Source: an uncultured Candidatus Micrarchaeota archaeon
Lineage (GTDB): Archaea; Micrarchaeota; Micrarchaeia; Norongarragalinales; CAINOH01
Length of the DNA: 64,000 nt
Direction: 5' to 3'
Assembly (NCBI GenBank): GCA_903851445.1
Contig: CAINOH010000009.1
Coordinates: 23,908-87,907, forward strand
Positions 27,514 to 37,226 of this stretch are shown in pieces. The position numbers were made by a program, and so were the translations under genes. The first letter of the stretch is position 1, and every line of letters starts with the position of its first letter. A model generated the notes under the pieces. The model saw only the letters and a list, made by a program, of their open reading frames with translations. It was not told the DNA's origin and made no database searches.

Positions 27514-29580
27514 CTAATTTTTCTGCCTGAAAAAGTCAAGGTACGGGTCAACAAACTGCGACCATAATTGCGCGGGGTTCTTCACCGGAACTGGCTCCTT
27601 GTCAAGCGCGAACAGCTCGGGACAATACCCGATTGCAGACTCCGAGAATTCCTGCTCAAGCGACGACGCAAGAAGCTGCTCCGCAAGGTCGGCCCGGTCG
27701 CACAACAGTAGGAATTTGTACAGGTAGGGGTTGTCGCGCGGCCAGCACACGTGGCCGTGGTACTGCGCATCACCCTCAAACTCATCCTCAAAGCCGGCTC
27801 CTGCGCGCACGGGGATGCCGAACGCCTTGCCGTTGCGGTACACCAGGTTCTGCTGCACCCGCTCGAACGCCCGTGAAAAGTCGGCTTTCCGGAAAAGGTG
27901 GGAAACGAGCGAGTACGCGACAACCGAAGCGCTCGAGAACGAGGAGTCGCGGAGCGAAAACGGGTCCTCGCAGTTTGCGGTGTGCGCAAGGAAGCCGTCG
28001 TGGAAGAATACCTCGTGGAAGTTGCGCTGCGAGACCTTGTAAAGCCAGTCGAGCTCGTTCCTCCTCGGGAGCGAAAGCCGCGACGCGTGGCGAAGAAGGG
28101 AAATCCAGAGCGCGTTGATTTCAACAAGAAAGTATCTTGCTGCTGCGGCCTTGGCTTGTTCAGCAGGCGTAGTGCCTAACCATTCCTGCGGGATGCGACG
28201 CGGGATTAGGATCTCCTCGCCGCCGACATCAATTTTTTTGCACGAGTCCATCCAGGAATAGTTTGCGGGGCAGGACAGCAGGCCATAGTCAAGCACAACC
28301 GCGTGCTTTTTGCTTGCGGCCTGCGAAAGGAATTTCTTGAGCGCGTGCGAAACCGCCTTTGCAACCTCCGCGTCTGCAGAGAACTCGTAATACTTGCACC
28401 CGCAGAGCATGCACAACAGTGTGGAGTCAAGGCCGTTGCTTGCCCTGTCGCCGTTCACGCCGACCCGCGTCGGGATAAGCCCCGCGTCGTCCTGCATTGA
28501 AAGCCCGGAGAGGATCAGGCTGCGGGCCTTGCCTGGCTCGCAGCGGAAGAAGAAGTCAAAATTCGAGTACAATGCCTCGAAGCAGTCGCGCAGCCAGAGC
28601 TGGCGGAACCACATCGAACCCGCGTCAAACCCGGCCACGCCCGAGGATTCAAAGTCGAAGTTGTGGGCAATCCCGTAGAGCCGCCATTCAAGCCTGTTGG
28701 CCTCCTTTTCCCCCCACAATTTCCTTGCAGCCAGGAGCTCCGAGGAAAACTTTGTTGCGATTGCGTCAAGATAGGCGGGGTTTGCCGATGCCGCAACCGT
28801 CGGCTGGCTTGCTGGCTTGTCGCCAAAAAAGGCGGTTGCGATAAGAATTGCGTTTCGCTCCTTCGTTGCCACCTCGATTTCGCCGGCTATCCTTGATGTC
28901 GCCCTTGCGGGCCTGGGAACCGTGCCGGAGGCATCTTTTCTTCGCTCGCCAAAGCCGAGCTTGCAGTCCCACTGCTGGAGGATATCAAGCGGGGTGGCGC
29001 GGACTGCGGTATCGGAACAAACCTCGACTGATGCTCCGGCCGAAGTGCACAGCAGGGATTTTTTTTCTGTTGCGACTGCGGAGATGTCCTTGGCGCAATC
29101 AGGAGAGGGGAACGGCGAAAGGCTGATTAGCGGCCGCACGATTATGCGGGTGCTGTCAGCGACAGCACCGCTCGCATCAATGGAAAAATGCGTGACCAGG
29201 GCTGGTTGCGGGCCGTGTGAAAGCGAATAAGTGACGATGAGTACGCCGGAACTGGATTGCGAAGAGAAGGCATAGGAGTATTTTGCGCTCCAGGGGGTTA
29301 TGGAGACTCCTTTTGGCGAAAGCTCAATGGGGTTTCCGGCAGCGTCCGAAACGCCGATTGCGTAGGCGTCAAGAATCTTGTACTGGCGCTCGGAAAGGAA
29401 CACGCTGAAGCCTTCGCACAAGAAGTCGCGGTTGGGGCAGTAAAGGTTCCCAAGCTTTGCTGAAAATGCGGACCAGCAGGCTTCCGAGGACTTGTTCCGT
29501 ATGAGGGTGCGGGCAGTGCGAAAGGGGTTTTCACTGTCCTCGCCGCAGGAAAGTTCCTCTACAAGATGCTCGTGGCGCAA
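27514..29580 (-). CDS. Amylo-alpha-1,6-glucosidase (glycogen debranching, (alpha/alpha)6 family)
   Basis: AGSMWFRQLWLRD, GLIP, SWMD, VEINALW, YHGHVCWP, PELF, PAQLWS. Confidence 0.85.
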   Translation of the reverse strand: MRHEHLVEELSCGEDSENPFRTARTLIRNKSSEACWSAFSAKLGNLYCPNRDFLCEGFSVFLSERQYKILDAYAIGVSDAAGNPIELSPKGVSITPWSAKYSYAFSSQSSSGVLIVTYSLSHGPQPALVTHFSIDASGAVADSTRIIVRPLISLSPFPSPDCAKDISAVATEKKSLLCTSAGASVEVCSDTAVRATPLDILQQWDCKLGFGERRKDASGTVPRPARATSRIAGEIEVATKERNAILIATAFFGDKPASQPTVAASANPAYLDAIATKFSSELLAARKLWGEKEANRLEWRLYGIAHNFDFESSGVAGFDAGSMWFRQLWLRDCFEALYSNFDFFFRCEPGKARSLILSGLSMQDDAGLIPTRVGVNGDRASNGLDSTLLCMLCGCKYYEFSADAEVAKAVSHALKKFLSQAASKKHAVVLDYGLLSCPANYSWMDSCKKIDVGGEEILIPRRIPQEWLGTTPAEQAKAAAARYFLVEINALWISLLRHASRLSLPRRNELDWLYKVSQRNFHEVFFHDGFLAHTANCEDPFSLRDSSFSSASVVAYSLVSHLFRKADFSRAFERVQQNLVYRNGKAFGIPVRAGAGFEDEFEGDAQYHGHVCWPRDNPYLYKFLLLCDRADLAEQLLASSLEQEFSESAIGYCPELFALDKEPVPVKNPAQLWSQFVDPYLDFFRQKN

Positions 29581-29586
29581 CTTGCA

Positions 29587-29802
29587 TCATCCGGTTATCT
29601 TGAATCGGAAGAAAAGCGGCCGGTCGCCGAGAATCTCTATCTTGTTCTCCCTCGCAAGCCAGCCCAGCGCCGCGTAAAGCTCGGAATCCGAAAGCTTGGT
29701 GGTGCGCTTGAGCTGCGCAATGTTCTGCGGACCTTGCTTGGATAACACGACCCACACTACGCCGGCCTTGCAGCCGAAATACTCCTCTACTTTCACAGTC
29801 AT
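29587..29802 (-). CDS. Small winged-helix protein (DUF2582-like)
   Basis: GCKAGVVWVVL...ELYAALGWLARENKI; ATG at 29802 after GAGGGGG. Confidence 0.8.
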   Translation of the reverse strand: MTVKVEEYFGCKAGVVWVVLSKQGPQNIAQLKRTTKLSDSELYAALGWLARENKIEILGDRPLFFRFKITG

Positions 29803-29813
29803 TTTATCCCCCT

Positions 29814-31394
29814 CTACCCCTTTCTGTAAATTTCGGCGTGCCGCGAATAGTTGCGGCCTGCACGCCTGTAGCACTCGCAAATCCGGAGCACGGTATAGTG
29901 CCAGTCAAAATACGGCGACTGCACGCGCTCTGCCGCGCCTTTTGAAATCCTTGCTCGGAGCGCGCCGTCAGAGCACGCCATGGATATGATTCTTGCAAGG
30001 TGGTCCGGCCGAAGCTCGAACTGCGCAGCCATCGGCGCCTTGAACCCGTTCACGCCGTTGCGGATGACCTCGTTCATGCCGCCGTTCGCACCCACTATCG
30101 CAACTGGGCCGGCGGTGCCGTTCTCCTCGCATGCAAGGTCAGCTGCAAGCGCTTCCAACGTGACGAGGCCGAACGGCTCGTAAAGCGAAGGCAGCGCGAC
30201 CACGTCAGCTGCGCATAGCAGCGAGCGCTTTGCGGAGTCTGAAAGCCAGCCGTTGTGCACTGCCACGCTTGATTCAAGACGCAAGCTACGGATGCGGGTC
30301 ATCAATGCATCGTAATCCCCGCCAGACATGTTGCTTGATATCACAAGGCCTATGTCCTTGCCTCGGAGCTGCGCCATTGCGGCTAGGAGCTCATCAATTC
30401 CCTTCCTGCGCTCGGGCCGGCCCAGGAACAGCACGTAGCCCTTCTTTTGGAATATGCCGCGGAGCATCTCGCGGCCCTTGAAGATGTCAGCTATGTGGAC
30501 GTTGCGCCACGGTTCGAGGATGATTCCATTCGGTATTCCCGCGCAATACTCGCTGACCATTTCCAGGCTGTCAGACTCCAAGAGGAGGAACTCCTCGAAC
30601 TTTTCGTCGCGCTCCTCCTGCAAGGCAAGCCAGCCCAGAGGCATCCTCGGCGCGAGTTCCGAGCAGATTTGCCGCTTGCGTGCTGCGAGGTTGTAAAGCT
30701 CGAACTTCGTCTCCGAAATCGAGACGCCCTGTATGAAGTCCGCTGTTGCAAGCGCGGAGGCCTCGATGTCAAGCGGCGCGGAAACCGCGTCAGGTTTGCC
30801 CATCGCGCGGCCGTATTCGCCCGAGTGGAACCGGCATAACAGCGGCCGTGCAAGCTTCTCGCGGCACAAGAACCCTGCTGGGAATGCGAGCCAGTCCTGG
30901 CTGTCAATCACGCCGATGTTTGCGTTGAGCTTTCGCTGCATGAAGTCGGCGACTGTTGGCGCGTATTTCCAGAAGGCGCTTAGCGTGCGGTAGTAGGCGT
31001 CCCTAGATGCGCGCTCGGAGCGTATGCGGAATTTTTCGTAAAGCTCGCCGTGGAAGGAATTGCACTCCTCAACAGGCATCCGGGCGTCTAGGAAATAGCA
31101 CGTGACCCCGCCGCGCTCGGCCTTGTAGATTGAAAGCTGTGGGTAAGCGGTGGTCAGCTCGGAGAACTTCTGCGCAGGCACGAGGTCGGAAAGTGGCGCG
31201 GCTGGGTCGTGCATCGCAAGCACTATGGGCTCGTACTCGGTCTTTCCCTGTTCGTGCGCCTCTTTCCAGGATGCCAATAGCTCGGTCGCAAAGCGCGACA
31301 GCCCGCCAACAGGCCGCTCAAGCTCGGTAATCAAGAAGAGAGCCGCCTTGCTTTCGCGCTCCGGCCTTGCCTTTTGGCTTTTGTGTTCGGTCAT
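29814..31394 (-). CDS. GT4-family glycosyltransferase (glycogen synthase-like)
   Basis: VGGL, QDW, HSGEYGR, IPNGI, LFLGR..RKG, PSLYEPFGLVTLEALA. Confidence 0.88.
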   Translation of the reverse strand: MTEHKSQKARPERESKAALFLITELERPVGGLSRFATELLASWKEAHEQGKTEYEPIVLAMHDPAAPLSDLVPAQKFSELTTAYPQLSIYKAERGGVTCYFLDARMPVEECNSFHGELYEKFRIRSERASRDAYYRTLSAFWKYAPTVADFMQRKLNANIGVIDSQDWLAFPAGFLCREKLARPLLCRFHSGEYGRAMGKPDAVSAPLDIEASALATADFIQGVSISETKFELYNLAARKRQICSELAPRMPLGWLALQEERDEKFEEFLLLESDSLEMVSEYCAGIPNGIILEPWRNVHIADIFKGREMLRGIFQKKGYVLFLGRPERRKGIDELLAAMAQLRGKDIGLVISSNMSGGDYDALMTRIRSLRLESSVAVHNGWLSDSAKRSLLCAADVVALPSLYEPFGLVTLEALAADLACEENGTAGPVAIVGANGGMNEVIRNGVNGFKAPMAAQFELRPDHLARIISMACSDGALRARISKGAAERVQSPYFDWHYTVLRICECYRRAGRNYSRHAEIYRKG

Positions 31395-32662
31395 GCCAAC
31401 AACTTCTCCTTTTCAATAGGGGCTGACTCGCTGTCAGCAACTTTTTCGACTTTTGCGATTTTGCCATCCACTTGCTCTTTGAAGTCCGTGATTATGTTCA
31501 TGAAGCTGATGAAATTGTCATAGGGCCCCGAGTCCTTGTATGGCGAGAAGTAGTCGTGCACCTCCCGGTCGGACATTCCCTTGGTGGAAAGGTACATGAG
31601 GTGGTCGGAAGTCTGCAGCTGCCTGTAGGTTTCCCACAATTGCACGTCGTTTGCCTTCCGAAGTTTGGGAAGGAGCGCCTCCAGTTCCGAGAAGCAGGCG
31701 CGCTGTATGCGGTTGCCAAGCCAGGCGCTCGTGTTGCGCTCCGCGTCCGCCCACGATATTTCGCTTGGGACGCTGATTGCGTCGCAGGGCTCGAAACTTT
31801 CCGCCGCCTCGGTTACTGTTGAGAAGGACAGGCCGGGATGGCGGTGCACCTCTGCAGGCAGGTGCGAAAGGAAATCTAGTATTCCTGTATCCTTCCAGTG
31901 GTGCTCGCCGAAAGTCTCGTAGTCCATGAACAGGTTGATTACCTGGCCGGGGGTTGCGGAAAGCCAGGTTGCGTACTTGTCAGCTGTGAGCGGCCACTCC
32001 TTCCACGATTTTGCCGAGAAGCGGAATCCGACGTCATCCGAGAGCTTGTAATTGCGCATGAGCAGCTTGAGCCTTGAACAGCCTTGCGGCCTGTAGACGT
32101 AGTTCGGCGACCTCCAGCCCAGGATGCGTTCGACACCCTCGGTGATGATTGCCTTGTACCCGAGGCCCTCGACAACTTGCGCAATGCGGTCGGAATAAAT
32201 CGCCTCGGTATTGCGGAAACTCTTTGGCGCAACTCCCAACAGGTCGCGGACGAGCTGGTTGTGTATCTGCACCTGTTCTTTGAACTCGGACAGATCCGAG
32301 TACAGCGAAGAGAGTGAATGGTAATACGTCTCGTCAAGGACGTCGACCCTTCCGGTTGCGCAAAGGTTGCGGAACGACTCAACTACTTCTGGCCGGTACT
32401 TCCTTGCCTGCATCAGGAGCGTTCCTGTGATGCTGAGCGAGAACCTGAACTTCCCGCGGTTGTCATCAAGCAATTGCTGCAGAATCCTGTTTGCGGGAAG
32501 GTAGCACTGGTCAGCAGCCTTGTTGAAGTAGTGCTCGTTCATCCTGTTGTCAAAGTAGCGCGACTCAAGGCTCGCGCCGTCGCCGCTCCCAATCCCGAAG
32601 TAGGAGAACCGTGAAAGCCGGACGGGCTGGTGCACGTGGAAGCACAGGCAGACTTTGGGCAT
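31391..32662 (-). CDS. GH57 alpha-amylase/amylopullulanase
   Basis: FHVHQP, ETYYHSL, FRNTE, LSDDVGFRFS, FMDYETFGEH, SWAD, QTSDH. Confidence 0.93.
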   Translation of the reverse strand: MPKVCLCFHVHQPVRLSRFSYFGIGSGDGASLESRYFDNRMNEHYFNKAADQCYLPANRILQQLLDDNRGKFRFSLSITGTLLMQARKYRPEVVESFRNLCATGRVDVLDETYYHSLSSLYSDLSEFKEQVQIHNQLVRDLLGVAPKSFRNTEAIYSDRIAQVVEGLGYKAIITEGVERILGWRSPNYVYRPQGCSRLKLLMRNYKLSDDVGFRFSAKSWKEWPLTADKYATWLSATPGQVINLFMDYETFGEHHWKDTGILDFLSHLPAEVHRHPGLSFSTVTEAAESFEPCDAISVPSEISWADAERNTSAWLGNRIQRACFSELEALLPKLRKANDVQLWETYRQLQTSDHLMYLSTKGMSDREVHDYFSPYKDSGPYDNFISFMNIITDFKEQVDGKIAKVEKVADSESAPIEKEKLLA

Positions 32663-33967
32663 CTAAATCATCGTTATTGCGGCCTTGGCCGCAAGCCTTG
32701 TTCTGATTGCCTTGTCGTAAACTCCGATTGTTTGTCTCGCCACCTCGTCCCAGGTTATGGACTCGGTTTCGGCAATAGAATTTTCGCGCAACTCCTCGTA
32801 AAGCGGGCGATAGGAAAGGACTGCGAGGATTTTCGAGGCCATCTCGTCGGTGTCCCAAAAATCTACTGTCAGGCAGTTCTTGACCCGTTCGCTTACCCCG
32901 GAGGTCTTGGACACTATGGTTGGAGTGCCGCTTGCCATCGACTCCAGAGCAACTATCCCGAAGGGCTCGGATATGCTTGGGAACACGAGGACGTCGCTCG
33001 TGCAGAGGATGCGCTTGAGCTGGTCGTCGGACACGTAACCGAGGAACATTACGTTCTGGCTTATCCCAAGGTCAAACGCCATCTCAACAAGCCTTGGGAG
33101 CATATCGCCCTTTCCGCTCACCAGGAACTTTACGTTGCGGTCCCTGGAGAGCACCTTCTGCGCAGCACGCAGGAAATATTCCACGCCCTTCTGCACCGAA
33201 AGCCTGCCGTGGTAGAGCACCACCTTGGTTCGTTTTCCAGAGGCGTCCTGCATGGCCTCCTTGTACTTTGGGAACTTTGAGGAATCTATTGCGTTGTAGA
33301 TTACACTGACATTGCGTTCGGCCGCGCCGAACTTGTCGAGCAGCAGCTGGGCGCTCCTTTTGCTTACCGTGATTATCTGGTCGGACTGCTGCATCATTTC
33401 CCTTTCAACTTCCAGAATCCATTCAAAGGGCCACAAGTCCGCTGTGCGGTCGTATTCGGTGCTGTGGACTGTTGACACGAGCGGGAGGCCGGTGCTGTGC
33501 CTTAGGGCAATGCCCGCTTTTGCTGAAAGCCAGTCGTGCACGTGCACCACGTCATAATGCCGTTCAGCGTGCTTTTTTTGCACGAGGAGCCGGGCAAGGT
33601 GATTGTAGGCGGCCACTGCCTCGAAGAACCCGAGGTCGTCGGCCTTGGACTGACCGGGCATTTGCAAAAGCCCGGCAATCCCGCTTGCGTGGAATCGGGC
33701 TTGGGTCGGGGAGCTGCCGTAGCAGCCATAGGTTGTTGGCGCCAGGCCAAGTTGCAGTTCGTGCGGGTCGAGCAAAACCCAATCCGTCTGGTAAATGTTG
33801 AGCCAATGCTCGTGGATATCGTAACTTGTCTTTGGCATGAAAAAGTCAATTTCGACCCCGCGGTTGGCAAGTGCCCGCGTCAGTTCGTAGCAGTGCGTGC
33901 CAAGGCCGCCGCTGATAAAAGGCGGGAATTCCCAGCCAAGCATTGCAACACGAAGACTTCTCGTCAC
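32663..33967 (-). CDS. GT4-family glycosyltransferase (glycogen synthase-like)
   Basis: MLGWEFPP..SGGLG, HVHDW, HSTEYDR, QKG, PSISEPFGIVALE; GTG start at 33967 inferred. Confidence 0.9.
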   Translation of the reverse strand: MTRSLRVAMLGWEFPPFISGGLGTHCYELTRALANRGVEIDFFMPKTSYDIHEHWLNIYQTDWVLLDPHELQLGLAPTTYGCYGSSPTQARFHASGIAGLLQMPGQSKADDLGFFEAVAAYNHLARLLVQKKHAERHYDVVHVHDWLSAKAGIALRHSTGLPLVSTVHSTEYDRTADLWPFEWILEVEREMMQQSDQIITVSKRSAQLLLDKFGAAERNVSVIYNAIDSSKFPKYKEAMQDASGKRTKVVLYHGRLSVQKGVEYFLRAAQKVLSRDRNVKFLVSGKGDMLPRLVEMAFDLGISQNVMFLGYVSDDQLKRILCTSDVLVFPSISEPFGIVALESMASGTPTIVSKTSGVSERVKNCLTVDFWDTDEMASKILAVLSYRPLYEELRENSIAETESITWDEVARQTIGVYDKAIRTRLAAKAAITMI

Positions 33968-34343
33968 GCGACCACGATTGGGAAAATTGCGTATGAAGCC
34001 GGCTATGGGCCAAAACAAACCCGCGCCAACCACTTACCCAAAACGCCAACAAGCGGCGGGTAACTCCCCAAGCAGATGGGTGCTTTTGGGACTTAAAAAG
34101 GTGATGAAAACAACAAAAAACAGGGAGTGATTTCTTTGGAAAAAAGCGTCTTGTGTGAAAAAAAAGGCATACTAAAGCCTATTTTCTAAAAAGGAGGATA
34201 ATTAGACGTCTATTTTGTAAAAATAGGCAGGAAATAAGAAAACAAAAAAATACTGGAAGTGTGGTTTGCAAGGAGCATAATGCGCCGGATTGACAAATAG
34301 ACGAAAAATAATGCTTTTCTAGGCAAAACGAGTAAGAAAAACA

Positions 34344-35345
34344 CTATTTCTTTCCAATCAAGGACATTTGAGCCAGTAATGCTTCAAGTTGGATGGTTTC
34401 GTCTGCGCCCATGACCATGCGGAAGTCGTATTCGCCAATCTTGTCAACCAGCGCGACCTTCTGCTCGTCAGGGATTGACAGGCCGGTGACTTCACGGTAA
34501 ATGGAAATCAGGACGTCCTCTCCTGCCAGGCCGTACTTGCCCATTATTTCCCAAAGCATCTTTCGCGCTGAAGAAAAGTCGCCCTTGACTGCGGTTGTGA
34601 CCATAATGGCGACTTCCTTTGGGGTTGCGCGCGAAGCGACCTTGAAAATTGACTGCGCGGTGACTTTTGCGGAAAGAGAGCAAGCGCCTTGGAGGACGTT
34701 GGCTGCCTTCCGGGCGTCGCCTTCGGAAACTGCTACAACGGCATCCCTGACGTCCTTTTCCAGGTGCAGGTTCTCGTGCTTTGCGATGTTGTCGACAATC
34801 TTGCCTATGTGCTCGTCGGACAGCGCAAGGAAGCGGAATACCGCGCACCTGCTCTGGATTGGCTCGATTACCCTGCTTGAATAGTTGCAGCTTAGGATGA
34901 AGCGCGTGTTCTCCGAATAGCGCTCCATTGTGCGGCGCAGCGCCTGCTGGGCCTCTGCAGTAAGGGCATCTGCCTCGTCCAGGAAGATTATCTTGAACGG
35001 CACCGAGGCAAGGGGAATGGAACGGGCGAAGTCCTTGATTTTTCCGCGCACGATGTCGATTCCCCGCTCGTCGCTTGCATTAAGCTCAAGGAAACACTCG
35101 CGATACGCCTCGCCGTAAAGCTCGTGGGCAAGCGCAAGCACGCAGGTGGTCTTTCCTATGCCTGCTCGGCCTGCAAAGAGCATATGCGGCATCTCCTTTG
35201 CCGCAACGTACGCCTCGAGCCTGCTTACTATGTGTTCTTGGCCTACGACTTCGGAGAGCTTTTTCGGCCGGTACTTCTCAATCCACGGCTCGTAATCCGC
35301 CTTGGACCTTTCCTTCCTGGCCGGTTCGGCTTCCTTGAGGGTCAT
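34344..35345 (-). CDS. rfcS: Replication factor C small subunit
   Basis: PWIEKYRP, GRAGIGKTT, ELNASDERGID, LDEAD, QQALRRTME, IQSRC. Confidence 0.96.
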   Translation of the reverse strand: MTLKEAEPARKERSKADYEPWIEKYRPKKLSEVVGQEHIVSRLEAYVAAKEMPHMLFAGRAGIGKTTCVLALAHELYGEAYRECFLELNASDERGIDIVRGKIKDFARSIPLASVPFKIIFLDEADALTAEAQQALRRTMERYSENTRFILSCNYSSRVIEPIQSRCAVFRFLALSDEHIGKIVDNIAKHENLHLEKDVRDAVVAVSEGDARKAANVLQGACSLSAKVTAQSIFKVASRATPKEVAIMVTTAVKGDFSSARKMLWEIMGKYGLAGEDVLISIYREVTGLSIPDEQKVALVDKIGEYDFRMVMGADETIQLEALLAQMSLIGKK

Positions 35346-35473
35346 ATTCCTTGCACCGCAATAAACGTAAAATCAGATAGAAATGGAGTGAAACTCCTTT
35401 TTCGAACAATCAGTTAAGCAAATACAATCTTTAATAGCCGTTGCTCGAACTTGACTGTGACATGCAACCGAGA

Positions 35474-35640
35474 TATGGTTTTTGCTCGGAAAGGTGAATC
35501 ACCCCGACTTGGTGTAAACCGAAGTCGCGGCTTCTTCCTTCAATGACGAGCCTGTTGGTTCATCTCCGGAAGCGTTTCTTCCCGCCATTCCAGCGGTAGC
35601 TCTTGTGAGTATATTTATAGCAGCGTTCACATCCCTATCC
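35474..35640 (-). ncRNA. Putative omegaRNA (reRNA) overlapping the tnpB 3' end, with guide CTTTCCGAGCAAAAACCATA
   Basis: Position inferred from the known TnpB architecture; the 5' boundary is a guess. Confidence 0.5.
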
Positions 35641-36770
35641 AAGACTAGGCCGCAGTGCGGACAATCGTGCGTCCGCACAGTCAAGTCTTTCTTGACTACC
35701 TCGTGACAACTGCTACATTCTTGTGTAGTATTCTTCGCATCAACGAACACGACCTTGCAACCAGCACCCGCCGCCTTGTATGCTATCATGTTCGAGAACG
35801 TTCCCCAACCAACATCATTGATTTGCTTGCCGTAATTCTGTTCAGCCATCCGCCGAACCGCAAGCCGTTCTAGGCCAATTAAGGAATACGAATTTACGAG
35901 CGACGTGGTTGTCTTGTGCAGGAAGTCACTACGAGCGTTGGCTATCTTCTCGTGCACCAAAGCTACCTTGCGCTTAGTTTTAAGTCTGTTCCTGCTGCCA
36001 TTCTTCGCTCGCGATAATCTCCGCTCGCACTTCGCCAACTTGTCTCGATGTTTGTCAAAGTGGCGCGGATTTTTAATCTTCAAACCGTTCGACAACGTGG
36101 CGAACGTAGTCAAACCCAAATCAATCCCGACTTTTCCGCCGTTGTTCATCAACGGTTCTACGTCATCCTGTCCGGCAGTGAAAATCGCGAACCACTTGCC
36201 CGAAGCTTCTTTCTTCAGAGTCAGGGTTTTTACTTCGCCTTTGATTGGACGGTGTTGCCTGATACCCAACTCGCCAAAAGGCGTGACCCGCAACTTTTTG
36301 TCCGATAAAATTTTGAAACCAGACTGAGGGTAATGCAAACTCTTCATTCTATCAAAGGATTTGAATCTTGGAAAGCCTCCGTTTAAACCTGCTTTTTTAC
36401 GTCTAATCTTGACTCTCAATGCATTAGTAAGACGAATGAAAACATCCTGCGCTACCTGCGAGTGCAACCCAGAACCCTTGCTTATTTCCTGCAAAGTCTT
36501 TCGCGTTGGAAACTTTCCAAAATCATCATACAACTGTTTCGCCAACGCCAAGCCATAGTTCCACAAGTTCTTAGAAGCCCACAAGTGAGTCCGCAACAAC
36601 TCGTCCTGCTGCTTGGATGGATACAAACGAAACTTCCAAGATATCATAAGCTATACGCCTATAATACTGCAAAACCTTTTTGGTTTATACGCTATTCCAC
36701 ACTGCATTTCCGTTGATTCGTTTCCATCCCCACCAATGGTTCAGACGTGGACGTCTCAACGACCAGATTT
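35494..36770 (-). mobile_element. IS200/IS605-family element, tnpB only (IS1341-like)
   Basis: Right end: hairpin CGACTT...AAGTCG (35505-35527) then TTCAC (35498-35494). Left end: hairpin AGACG-N4-CGTCT (36743-36756) with TTAT just outside (36774-36771). Visibly lower GC than the flanks; no tnpA. The left boundary is inferred. Confidence 0.8.
35499..36647 (-). CDS. tnpB: TnpB RNA-guided endonuclease
   Basis: KFRLYP HTH, GFPRFK, RuvC-I GIDLG, RuvC-II LERL, CSSC/CPHC zinc finger, RuvC-III DRDVNAAINIL. Confidence 0.95.
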   Translation of the reverse strand: MISWKFRLYPSKQQDELLRTHLWASKNLWNYGLALAKQLYDDFGKFPTRKTLQEISKGSGLHSQVAQDVFIRLTNALRVKIRRKKAGLNGGFPRFKSFDRMKSLHYPQSGFKILSDKKLRVTPFGELGIRQHRPIKGEVKTLTLKKEASGKWFAIFTAGQDDVEPLMNNGGKVGIDLGLTTFATLSNGLKIKNPRHFDKHRDKLAKCERRLSRAKNGSRNRLKTKRKVALVHEKIANARSDFLHKTTTSLVNSYSLIGLERLAVRRMAEQNYGKQINDVGWGTFSNMIAYKAAGAGCKVVFVDAKNTTQECSSCHEVVKKDLTVRTHDCPHCGLVLDRDVNAAINILTRATAGMAGRNASGDEPTGSSLKEEAATSVYTKSG

Positions 36771-36835
36771 ATAATCCGAGCGTGACAAATGCAATCGGAA
36801 GCCGAACGCCGCTTTCAGAGAAAAGGTGATTGCTT

Positions 36836-37186
36836 ATGCAGGCTACTGACCCGGACGTGCTCATCTCAACTACTTGCGAAGTCCCTGGCTTCAAGACCAA
36901 GAAATACGTAGGCGTGGTATGGGCATCAAGCGCGCGCACCCTTGACACTGCAAGCGAAATCGGCGCGATGATCCGCAGCATCGGAGGCGGCGACCTTCCC
37001 GCTTTCCGCAAGATGCTCAACGAAGCCAGGCATTCGGTTCTGCACGAGCTTGCCGCAACAGCCAAGGCCCGGGGCGCGAACGCGGTCGTAGGAATGAAGC
37101 TTGAAAGCTCAAGCATAGTCGGCGGAACGCTCGACGTCTATGCCTATGGGACTGCCGTAGTGGTGGAGAAGGAGACTAAGAAGTAG
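36836..37186 (+). CDS. YbjQ/UPF0145 family protein
   Basis: ISTTCEVPG, RSIGGG, EAR, A.ARGANAVVG, AYGTAV. Confidence 0.9.
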   Translation: MQATDPDVLISTTCEVPGFKTKKYVGVVWASSARTLDTASEIGAMIRSIGGGDLPAFRKMLNEARHSVLHELAATAKARGANAVVGMKLESSSIVGGTLDVYAYGTAVVVEKETKK

Positions 37187-37226
37187 ACTATTGGAAAAAT
37201 ACAGAAAAAGATTGAGAAAAAAGGAA

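Noticed and set aside
29388-29397. 10-nt match to the TnpB guide inside the debranching gene
   Set aside because: The match stops at 10 nt and the adjacent motif is GTTC rather than TTAT; consistent with chance.
34034-34343. Replication origin
   Set aside because: AT-rich, but no recognisable ORB/mini-ORB repeats and no adjacent cdc6/orc1.
35499-36647. TnpB as a Cas12f/Cas14 CRISPR effector
   Set aside because: I found no repeat-spacer array or cas genes in the window, and the gene has IS605-type ends.
35484-36781. Empty-site hairpin as a tRNA anticodon arm, or the element as a BHB intron
   Set aside because: No acceptor, D or T arms can be built, and the junction pairing does not give a 3-4-3 bulge-helix-bulge on either strand.
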